DNA of 64,000 bases from Macrostomum lignano (taxonomy: Eukaryota). The translations under genes and the position numbers were made by a program. Shown piece after piece: positions 1 to 10,149 of this stretch. Position 1 is the first letter of the stretch. Each line of letters opens with the position of its first letter. A model generated the notes under the pieces. That model ran no database searches, had not been told where the DNA came from, and saw only the letters and a program-made list of their open reading frames with translations. The DNA is taken from positions 186,001 through 250,000 of the forward strand of contig NIVC01000730.1 in NCBI GenBank assembly GCA_002269645.1, in the 5' to 3' direction.

Positions 1-274
1 CTTTCAGTTCGAGCAGCTCTACCTCCTGCCGCAGCGCAGCCAGCCGGTCGCTCCCCGCCCCCGGAGGCGCCTCGCCCGCACTGACGATGCCGTCTTCGGC
101 GTCCGGAGCAGAAGTCATCTCGGAGTTGTTGAAGTCTTCGTCAGGTTGCTCTAAACCGAGTGCAGTAGACAAGCGCTTGGAAAGCTGTTGTTTGCGGCCC
201 GTAGTAGGCAGGCCTCTGTTTCGCAGCTCAGCCTTGAGTTGGCGCACGTTTAGTCGCTTTGGGCTGCCACTCAT
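1..274 (-). CDS. 5' part of an ORF with an N-terminal SAP domain and a coiled coil, running off the left edge; probably Gag/ORF1 of a retroelement
   Basis: Hand translation from the ATG at 274: MSGSPKRLNVRQLKAELRNRGLPTTGRKQQLSKRLSTALGLEQPDEDFNNSEMTSAPDAEDGIVSAGEAPPGAGSDRLAALRQEVELLELK, with no stop before base 1. LNVRQLKAELRNRGLPTTGRKQQLSKRL fits the SAP motif. The retroelement assignment is inference. Confidence 0.75.
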   Translation of the reverse strand, partial: MSGSPKRLNVRQLKAELRNRGLPTTGRKQQLSKRLSTALGLEQPDEDFNNSEMTSAPDAEDGIVSAGEAPPGAGSDRLAALRQEVELLELK

Positions 275-569
275 GACGGCGGCTAAGCAAAAAAATTGAG
301 AAATGGCGGCGGAGCCAAGCCGGGCCGGGTGCAGAGGCTTAAGCTGGCCGGCGCGGCCAACACCCCCACACCTCAACCCCCGCCAAAGTACAGCGATATG
401 TACAGCGGCACCCTCCGGCGCGTCTAACACCCCTTACTCAGAGAGTAACGATTGCAATAATGTTTGAAAGAATATTTGATGTTTGATGTTTGAATGTCTA
501 ATGTTTGAAAGACTGCCAGAAATCATAGAACCGAGAAAAGCTCATTTTTAATCTCAAACCCCGATTCTT

Positions 570-1555
570 AATTCCCTATCCCTGATTGCTCGATCATGTT
601 TGGAATCCGAATCCAAGATTCTTGATTCCCTTTCCCAGATAGGGCATATGGCACCTTTTGCGAGAAACTTGAAAGATTGGGTCGGCTATCATAATTCATA
701 AGGCAGAGAGGAGCTTATGGCACCTTTTTCTAAATGTTTGAAAGACTGCCAGCTATCATAGAACCGTGAGAAGCTCATTTTTTAATCTCAATCCCCGATT
801 CCTAATTCCCTATCCCTGATTCCTAATGTTGGAATCCGAATCCCCAATTCCTAATGTAGTAGGGCATTATTTTAGGAACGGGAAATTTTGTGGGTCCAAA
901 TATGCTTTTACCCTACTATCAGTAGTTTCAACCCGGGGAAATAATTAGAGCGGGGTGAGTAGATAAAATTGGGGTTTCTTTAGAACTACAGAGCAGTTGG
1001 GCTCTTGGGAAAGAAAGTGTTGGAGTGTCTTCTCCTATCCTCGAACTTGGAAAATTCACAAGGAAGCGGTAAGAAGGGGAAATAAATAAAAGAAATATAA
1101 TTTAGGCTTGCACAGAGGAGTCTTGCCTCTAAATCTATAAACTGGGAGTCTTGCCCAACGCACAACAGGAAAACTTAATATAGGAACTAATGAAAAGACA
1201 AACTTTTGTACAATCAAATAACCATTTCCGTTTTTTTTATTATTAAACTTTTGTGTTAACTAAATCTAAATTGGTGTCCTGACTCAGTTCTTTAAACCTA
1301 AAGCTAGAATTAGGGAACAGCAGGAACCTGGTGGCAGCGAACTACCAAAAAGTCTCAACCAGTAGGAAGTAAAATCCACTAGTAAGAATCCTTAGCAAGA
1401 AAACCAGTAGCTTAGCCACGAGGTTACACGCCCATTCCACTAATTCCCTATCCCTGATTCCTAATGTTGGAATCCGAATCCCCAATTCTTAATTCCCTAT
1501 CCCTGATTCCTCACTTTGGAATCCGAATCCACGATTTCTAATTCCTTATCCCTGA
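570..1555 (+). repeat. Interrupted array of a ~49-bp unit (TAATTCCCTATCCCTGATTCCTAATGTTGGAATCCGAATCCCCAATTCC)
   Basis: The unit recurs at about 570-650, 800-855 and 1440-1555, either side of the 855-1428 insert. Confidence 0.6.
855..1428. mobile_element. Possible solo LTR inserted in the 49-bp array
   Basis: Starts TGTA and ends TACA, has an internal AATAAA and is CpG-poor. No target-site duplication seen. Confidence 0.25.
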
Positions 1556-1869
1556 GAAGACGAACTTGTTTAAATCCTTCAGAGGGGAATGGTGAGGGGA
1601 AGCTTCTGACGTTCTAGTTGCTTTAGCTATACAAGTAAATATATATGTAGTCTTCGCATAAATTTTTATGGCACCTTTTATCGAAAGGTTTGAAAGCCTT
1701 TAATCGGTTTTCGGTAGAAGAAAATAACAAGTCAAAGTGGCTGTCAAACCATAAACTCAAGCCAGACTTGTCCACAAACGTGTCCGCAAAATTCGGCAAA
1801 AAGCCCTGGGACTGCGCCTGTATGTGTATTCTAATATCAAAACATAACTAATAAAAGCGAAAAAAGAAA

Positions 1870-2640
1870 GAAGCGTCATGTAAACGATCATAGAAGCGTC
1901 ATGTCAACAATCATGGAAGCGTCATGTATAAAATCATAGAAGCGTCATGTAAAAATCATAGAAGCGTCATGTAAAAATCATAGAAGCGTCATGTAAAAAT
2001 CATAGAAGCGTCATGTAAACAATCATAGAAGGGTCATGTAAAAAATCATAGAAGCGTCATGTTAAGATCATAGAAGCGTCATGTAAGAAATCATAGAAGC
2101 GTCATGTAAAAATCATAGAAGCGTCATGTAAAAATCATAAAAGCGTCATGTAAAAATCATATAAGCCTCAGGTAAAAATCAAATAAGCGTCATGTAAAAA
2201 TCATAGAAGCGTCATGAAAAAATCATAAAAGCATCATGTAAAAAATCATAGAAGCGTCATGTAAAGATCATAGAAGCGTCATGTAAGAAATCATAGAAGC
2301 GTCATGTAAAAATCATAGAAGCGTCATGTAAAAATCATAGAAGCGTCATGATAAAATCATAGAAGCCTCAGGTAAAAATCATAGAAGCGTCAGGTAAAAA
2401 TCATAGAAGCGTCATGTAAGAAATCATAGAAGTGTCATGAAAAAATAACAGAGGCGTCATGTAGAAAAGAAAATAAGCTTTATGTAAAAATGAAAAAATG
2501 AAAAAATGTAAAAAAAATAGAAGCATAATGTAAAAATCAATAAGCATCATGTAAAAAGAAGCGTCATGTCAAAAGGAGCGTCATTTCAAAACTTAAAAAG
2601 CGTCATGTAAAATGAAAAAGCTTCATGTTGAAAATAAAAG
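1870..2640 (+). repeat. 22-23-bp satellite (AAAATCATAGAAGCGTCATGT[A]), decaying rightwards
   Basis: Direct tandem repeat, the reverse complement of the arrays at 10.1-12.1, 19.0-21.0 and 27.9-29.8 kb. Confidence 0.95.
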
Positions 2641-3182
2641 AAGCCTTCCGTAAACTCTGCTGTGACTCTTTGGAAGAATTTCTTAGATTTTAAGGTTTAC
2701 GGGGGGGTTTTGAGATGTCAAGCCTTTTTGCTTTTTTTCAAGTCTTGTAAAAAATAATAGAAGCATCATGTAAAACACAAAGAAACGTCATGCAAAACAT
2801 AAAGGAAGCGTTATGTAAAAATCAAATGAAGCGTCATGTCAAAATAAAAGAAGAGTCACGTAAAACTGTGCTGTGACTCTTGAGGAGAATTACTGAGATG
2901 TACTCGTAATATGCTTATGAGGGATTTCTGAGTTGTCTAGGTAAAATTCAGAAGCTACATCTAGTTTATTCACTTTTTTATTACATTCTTTGTTGGTTCC
3001 CACGAGGGGCGCTAATAGAAGAAGCGTCATTTTAAACAGATGAAAGTAGATATAAAAGAAGAGTCATGTCGAAGTTAGGAGATTCATTTGGGAATCGCTA
3101 AGATGTCAAGGCTTGGAGGGAATTGCTATAATGCTGTAATGTTATAATGACTCTTGGGGAGAATTACTGAAATGGCAATGCT

Positions 3183-3234
3183 TTAGGGTTAGTTAGGGCT
3201 AGGGTTAGGGTTAGGGTTAGGCTTAGGGTTAGGG
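3183..3234 (+). repeat. Interstitial telomeric repeat (TTAGGG)n
   Basis: About 8 mostly perfect TTAGGG units inside the Helitron. Confidence 0.9.
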
Positions 3235-3661
3235 TTGACAGATTTTTTAAGATTTCAAGGCTTATGGGGGTCATCGCTCAGATGTCAAGGGCGGAGTTTG
3301 ATATTTTAAGACTTGTGGGGGGAGGAATTGCTGAGATGTCAACGCTTACAAGCGATTGCTGAGGTTATTGCAAAGAGACACTACAATCTACATGTAGTTT
3401 ATTAAAAAAACTTGTACTGCATTTTTTTGGCTCCCCAAGGGGGGCGCTGATTGCTAGTTAAATTCTGAAAATATGAACCACGAAAAGACAGGAGCAGTTA
3501 AAACTGAAAAATAACAAAACTTAGTTCGTATCATATCGGCCATCGGGTGTTTCATAGTCTAAATCTGTGATAACAATAATCAAACTGGTTTTAAATAAAC
3601 ATTCATCTGCTTCTCATTTTCTATTAATGTTGCTATGGTGACCAAAGTATCCAGGTATCCA

Positions 3662-3851
3662 GGCGATATCCAGGTGCAGGTTTGTGGTGCCCCTATGACA
3701 TCGCAGCGGCCAGGCCATAAGCGTTGTACATCCTGGGCTCCAGGTCCGGCTGGACAAAGAATGCCGGCAGCCGAGTGGCCAGGTGGCAATCTCGCCCGCA
3801 CTCCGGCAACGGCAGAGCGCGCTGGAAGCCCTCGTAGCGATCGGGCAGAAT
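3662..3851 (-). pseudogene. KDM3: KDM3/JMJD1-type JmjC histone demethylase exon fragment, frameshifted
   Basis: After the acceptor CATTCAG| it reads ILPDRYEGFQRALPLPECGRDCHLATRLPAFFVQPDLEPRMYNAYGLAAAM, then a 1-nt frameshift, then HRGTTNLHLDIA. This matches the KDM3 stretch recalled as [50 protein letters not shown]...GTTNLHLDVS, including the HxD iron ligands. Confidence 0.85.
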
Positions 3852-4094
3852 CTGAATGAGAGTGCAAAATGTGTTTTTGACTGATTAGTTTCGTTGCTTC
3901 GATACATGTCGGCTGTTTTGTGATATTAATTTACAGTTTATAAGGTTGTAACTTGTTTCATCAATGATTTAACGGCCCAGCGTCAAAAACTGTAGAATTT
4001 TAGCAAAGTAAATCACAGTATGTTGATTACTAGCCAAGGTAAATTCTAGTACCTAGGAAGAAGTACCTAGGTATCCAGGTAATAAAAGTTCCTA

Positions 4095-4147
4095 GGGAGC
4101 GCTGGGAGGAGTGGCGCTCCCACCGGACCCCTAAATCCGCGCCCCTG
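4095..4147. mobile_element. Single-end fragment of a hAT-type MITE
   Basis: CCCCTAAATCCGCGCCCCTG is the reverse complement of a terminus resembling CAGGGGCGGATTTAGGGG at 54549. It is preceded by an 8-bp-stem hairpin, GGGAGCGC...GCGCTCCC. Confidence 0.5.
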
Positions 4148-5684
4148 GCTACAGCTGTTGCGAAAGATTTTAAAAGTGTCATTTTTAGTCAGTTACTTCA
4201 GTATTTCTGTTTTACTGAACTTTTATACTCGAAGTACCTCGTAATTAAATTTACGAGGGGTGTTAATTCAGAAGTACAATTCATAAGTACAATTCAGAAT
4301 TTACGTTACAGTTGTAATCAGATAAGGATTTATGGATTCCGACTGGGGGTATTTGCTTTAGACGAGTCAATTATGGATGGAATGTGCTTATCTGTTGTGG
4401 TGGGATGCAATAACTCACTAGGCGGCGCCGCCAAGCATCAGAACGTGGCCGCCGGCCGGCCATGGTCGCGGAACGCCATCTTAGCGGACAAAATCAGCGA
4501 TGGCCTCGTTCAGTCGGGGAGGTGAACTGCGTCCCGAGTAGCCAAACCACGGCTAGCCAGCCATGAGGTCTGCTGGCAGCGGATTCTGTCACCTGCGGGT
4601 TGATTGCGGCGGATTGCGACTTTAGTGCAACTTGAGCCAGAGCAACTGTAAATTAAAATCACAAAACAGCCGATATGTATCGAAGGGTGATACTGCTCTA
4701 ATGTAAATAGAATCCCAAACAATATCATCGCTTTGCTTAAAATGCTAACATTCAGTATCTCATTGTACTCCAGCATAAGATCAATTTATTTGACTACTCT
4801 ACTCTTTATTTGACTTCCTAAACTAGAAAAGGAAATAAGATCATACAGCAACCACACTTCAAGTATTTCAGGGCCAATGAAGTGCCAAAGGGGGCGCGAG
4901 ATTGCCAGAATTTAACGAACGTGAGATTTTGAATATCCGCGTGAATTCATATTTTGTTCAAATTCCTAATTTGTTTAAACTTTGCGCGGAAATTCAAAAT
5001 TTATTTTTCTGCCTTTTTTAACATAATATTTACAAACGGATGCAGTATACGAGTATTCTGAAAATAAAGATAACTTCTAAAGGACAAGTCCAATCTATAG
5101 AAATTAGAAAACTGGGACTTAGCGATTCTGCGAATTAGAAAATTAGCCTGTCTGTCAATTTTAGAATAACTTGCTTGGTACCTTACTTTGCTATGTTTGT
5201 TGTTCAAAATCTTTTACGTTCAAAACGAAAATGGATGGCTAGTCGCCCTCACTTCTTGCGCCTGTACTATTTTTCTTTGACCAAATTTCCACCTCTAACA
5301 TTATAGAAGAATATAAGATTCCTAGCATATTGCAATTATAAGCTAGACATAAAAGAAAATACAATGAGTACAATGCAAATTAAGAACCAACGTACGTTTG
5401 CTTACCTTTGGAATAAATCTCAAGATCTTAAAGATTCAACTGGGTCAAATAGGTTAATAAATGATATGTATTAAAAAGTAGAAACTATACGTTGAATGAA
5501 ACGCGTTTATTTAAAGAATACAATTCCTTGCAGCTTAAAACGAAATGCGTTCTGGGAGTTTTTTAATTTTGGGAGAGTTGGGAAAGACAAAGAGCCGTCT
5601 TCATCCAGTATACATTAATATACGAGAAATGAGTCACGGATGTGCAGCGTTTTCAGCTAGCTTCATTGCTAGTACAGTGCTAGT

Positions 5685-5833
5685 ACGCTAGTGCGCACTA
5701 GCGTTCCACACTCACCCCACCTCTCCCTCTCCGCTCGTGGGCTGGCCCCCGCTAAGGGAGCCCATCCCACCGTGGGCTGGGTCCCGTTAACGGGCTATTT
5801 TTAGCGTGGGATGGGCTCCGCTAGCGGCGGGCC
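5685..5833. other. Palindrome and nested-hairpin cluster
   Basis: A perfect 20-bp palindrome, ACGCTAGTGCGCACTAGCGT (5685-5704). An imperfect ~27-bp stem at 5744-5770/5806-5833 has an inner CCCGTTAACGGG palindrome in its loop. Confidence 0.8.
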
Positions 5834-6444
5834 GTTAGGTGAATATGGGGTTATGGGGGAAAGAAAGGAGGACTGAAGGCTGAATCAATTCTATTTTTAG
5901 AACAAACTGGTCATACTCCAGACTCAGCTAGGAGCAATCGCCAAAAGGAAGAGGCGCAGGAAGCATGCAGAAAAGAAGTTTATTTGCGCGTATATATACT
6001 AATTTTTCTAAATATGGCGGACAATTTTAAACAAAAATACATAAAAGAATTTATTAGCAGCAAAGTTACAGTATAAAACCAGTTATTTATTTACGTATAC
6101 TTACTTCTTGATAATGCTAAAATTAATAATGACAAAAACAATGAATTTACGTAAAAAACGAGAAAAGCTAATGTATTTAAGCAACTTGGTTACTAGTAAG
6201 GCAAAATGAACTGCAAAAATATCAGGCTTGGCAAAAGGTTTACAAAAATAGCACTGGCACAAAACTGACTCATCACATGAACGCTGTACTGTACTGTTGA
6301 GTTTGTTTTGAGCATTCATGATCTCCAATATAAGTACCCTTAGACCCAAAGGTTAGTAAATAAACAGTGCCTAAAAATAGAAGCAATAAACGCGTAATGT
6401 GCAAACCAACTTGAATATACTGTGCAAATTCAACAAAAATCAAC

Positions 6445-7090
6445 TCAAATATCTCACGAACGGTGGCGTCTTTGGCGACGCCTGAGGTGTCATTTTAAAG
6501 CTGGGACATGCGTAAAAGAGCGAGTTAAATTTCATCGGAATTGACTGAAAAACACAGGTGGAGCACGTGCACAAAGATTGGGAATACATTTGATTTATAA
6601 GGTGAATGTCTGTACACGCCGAGCAATGTTTCGAGTCAAATATCTCACGAACGGTGGCGTCTTTGGCGACGCCTGAGGTGTCATTTTAAAGCTGGGACGT
6701 GCGTAAAAGAGCGAGTTAAGTTTTTTGTTTCGTAAGCAAAAAATGGTGTCACAATTTCTTGGCGTATATTTCGACATACAACGTCAAGCGTTATTGACTC
6801 AAAAGCAAAGCACACTTTAGAGTCGAATATCTCAGGAAATACTGTTTCTTTTTCAGCTTCAATGGTGTCATTCTAAAGCTGGGATGTGCGTAAGAATGGA
6901 ACTATAAATTCATTTAATTTGAGAGCGAAATGGAGTTCTGACATCAGCAAATATGCGCTGTTTCTTGACTTGCCTTCAAAAAAGCAAATCGCCAAGCACA
7001 CTTTAAAAGAAAATAATTCAAGAAGTAAAGTATTTTATTAGACGCGTGATGCGGCATTTTACAGCTGAAACATGCGTAAGAGTTAGTCCA
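6445..7090 (+). repeat. Diverged ~190-bp modules (AATATCTCA...GTGTCATTTTAAAGCTGGGA.GTGCGTAA), subterminal-repeat-like
   Basis: Near-identical copies at about 6445-6530 and 6635-6720, and weaker ones at about 6820-6900 and 7055-7080. Confidence 0.6.
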
Positions 7091-9184
7091 TTGTCTTTTT
7101 GGGATACGGGGCACATTTATGGGATGTAAAAATTGAATCATTTTCAGAAAACGTTGAAGAGATGCTGAATCAGGGTGTTGCCAAGCAATCTTTGAAACAA
7201 TGCACTTCGTAAAGTTTTTTATTTTATAAAACAAATTTGGGCTCATTTGATTGCAAACACATGCGTAAACATCTGCCAAAAATACGGTTCCGTTTGGTCC
7301 ATTTTGTTAAAAGTAGTAGATGATCGTTTTGAATATCTGTCTGAATATCTGTCGGGAAACTGAGGTCGAGGCGGAGAAAGAAAATAAAAATTTGAAAAAG
7401 TTAAAATTGGGTTGTTCGGGTTTTTCTTCGAAACCGGTTAGCGTTGCGTTCGCACGAATCAAGCCGGAAATCGCACAGATGAATCGCAACGAAATTCTTC
7501 TCCTGTTTTACTCCGACAGCCGGGGTCCTCAAGTCCGGGGGGAGGGTAGTCGTAATCGTATCGGAGCGGTCGTGTAGCGGCGAGGTCGTTCAAATTGATG
7601 AAACACTGTAATCGGAGATTCCTGACTCCGTAAAATAATGCGTCGAATAGCTGAGTTTGTTACTTTCAGTAGGGTAGTTGCTGCCACCACCGTAATTTAC
7701 GTATTACGGAACGGATAAGTCTCAGAGCTATCTTTGAGATGAGAACTTGGTTATTTTACGCCCCACGGGCAAATGACTCAAATAAATACTATGGCAATTA
7801 TAGTTTAATGAATAAATGGGGCTTATCGTTTATTAAATGTTCCTTAAGATGGAATTGAGCAGGCTTACTAATTATTATTAAAATATTAATGACTACGAGC
7901 GAGTGTAATTCGTCGGCGGCGCCGGATAATTATAAACTGGTTAAAACGAGAGAAATGCGCAGAGGAAAATGTTTAAAACAGAGCCAGAGTCGAGCAGAGG
8001 GGAAAAACCTTCTTACATTATCGCACCAAAAGGTAGGGTTTATATAATAGGTAAAAGTAGCTCTCCCGCTGGAGCAGCGTCGGGACTAAGCAATGGGGGC
8101 GCACCGCACAAGCGCTGGATCGAGCAAAAATAAACCGTGGGGAGCGCATTCCAACAAATGAACCAGCACCTGGGAACGAACGCGCACCGCGTGGAAAATA
8201 CAATGGAAAACGCAATGGACGCAAATCCAGACTCTGGAGGGCAAACAAGGGAACACCACACGGGCAGTTCCGTCAGGCAAAATTGTCACCGTTTCGAACT
8301 TCAAATCAATAGTGGCATCCGCCTGCGCCACAAAACCCTCACATGCTGTAGGCCTACAGTAGTTGAGCTGCTATTTATATATATAAAGACTTTTCTTTCC
8401 CACTTTTGTAGAAACCAAGGGCTAGGTATTGAGCATTAGCCACTCAACTCAAGGGCCAGATAAGGTTTCAGTCTAAGACCATGGGCCACAGGGGCACACC
8501 AATGCTGCCACTAGCGTAAATATTGTAAGATCCACAATAAAGGGCTTTTCGGGTCCCATACAAATCAATAACACTATCTCTATTAGTCAGATATTTTAAT
8601 GTCTAAATAATAGGACTCAATGGTAGCAAATGGCCTAGGTAGTATAATCCTAGCATTGACTGAATTAGTCCATGCTTAAATGTGTCTAAATTAGAAGAAT
8701 AAGAAGATTCTAACTTTGACTCTCTTTACTAACTAATGTGGTAGTGCAGATAGTGGCAATTTTAAGTCTTATGCTTGAAGCAGTAATAGGACCTGCTACT
8801 AATCTACACTTTTACTAGCTAGTTCTTAGGATTGCATACAAATGCTAGGCCTACATTATGCAGATCTCTCCCACACTTATGCCACATTTATTTATGACAT
8901 CTTGATTATAATGCTTTAATTTTGCTTTTTATTTTAGTGCTTTATCAATATTAAATTGCTACTAGCAATCTACGCCCCCCGTTGGGGAGCCAAAGAAATG
9001 CAATACACGTTTTTTATAAGCTACATATATCCTTGAAATCTTAAAAAATATCCTGTCAAACCTTGTAAGCCTTGACATGTCAATAATTCCCCCCCCCACA
9101 AGCTTTAACACATCAACTTCCCCCCTTGACATCTCAGCAATGCCCCCAATAAGCCTTGGAAATCTAAAAATATCTGTCAACCTT

Positions 9185-9240
9185 CTAACCCTAACCCTAG
9201 CCTAACCCTAACCCTAACCCTAACCCTAACCTAACCCTAA
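9185..9240 (-). repeat. Interstitial telomeric repeat, (CCCTAA)n on +
   Basis: About 9 units; degenerate telomere-like patches also near 9620-9665, 13915-13940 and 14160. Confidence 0.9.
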
Positions 9241-10149
9241 AGCATTGAAATTTCAGTAATTCTCTCTGAGAGTCATTATAGCACTACTACAGCATTATAG
9301 CGATTCCCTGCAAGTCTCGACATCGTTGGGATTCCCAAATGAATCTCTTAACTTCGACATGAAGCTTCTTTTATTTTTTACATTACGCTTTTTTATCAGC
9401 GATCCCTCCCCTGAGGAGGCATCAAATAATGTAATAAAAAGTTTTCAATAAACTATATGTAGCTTCTGACTTTAGCCTTGAAATCTCATTTATACCCCCG
9501 TGAGCCTTGACATCTCAGCTATTCCCCCGTAAGCCTTAACATGTCAGCGATGGCCCCCATAAACCTTGAAATCTAAAAAATCCCCTGTTATTCTGTTAAC
9601 CTTGAAACCCGATAAAATATAACCCTCAACCCACACCTGACCTAAACCTAACTTTAACCCAACCTAAAGCCTTGAAATCTCAGCAATTCTTCTCCCCTAA
9701 GCCTTGACATTTTAGTGATTCGATCCTTCTTTAAGAATCACAGCACTATAACGATTTCCACCAAGCTTTGACATCGTAGCAATTCCCAAATGAATCTTTT
9801 AACTTCGACATGACTTTTCTTTTATGTATACGTAGTGCTACTTAGTGCTACTAGCTGATAGACTCTGCTTCTATCAGCGCCCCCCCCGTGGCGAGCCAAC
9901 AAAGAATGCAATAAAAAATTGAGTAAAGTACATGAACTTTGAAGTAGCTTCTGACTTTTGCTTTGACATCTCAGAAACCCCCCCCCGTAATCTCAGTTTT
10001 TCTCTAAGAGCCTTGACGTCTCAGTAATTCTCCCCAGCACAGCATTATAGCTTCATTTAATTTTTACATGACACCCTTCATGTCTGACATGACGCTTCTT
10101 TTATTCTAGCATGATGCTTCTTATAATATTTTAAATGACACTTTCATTA

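Larger units (their letters stand above)
1870..3457 (+). mobile_element. Non-autonomous Helitron-type element, 3' portion; same family as 8962-12685 in the opposite orientation
   Basis: Ends with a GC hairpin (GCTCCCCAAGGGGGGC), then TGATTG-CTAG at 3454-3457, then T, the canonical Helitron 3' end. 2640-3457 is a diverged reverse complement of 8962-10100 and carries the same satellite and telomeric tract. 5' end not found. Confidence 0.75.

Noticed and set aside
87-299. 70-aa + strand ORF
   Set aside because: Antisense shadow of the SAP-domain ORF.
4313-4749. Possible solo LTR (TGTAAT...TAACA) with a GC-rich core
   Set aside because: No convincing TSD or second copy.
7300-7330. TTAA-AAGTAGTAG as a Kolobok/piggyBac terminus
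   Set aside because: No matching inverted end was found.
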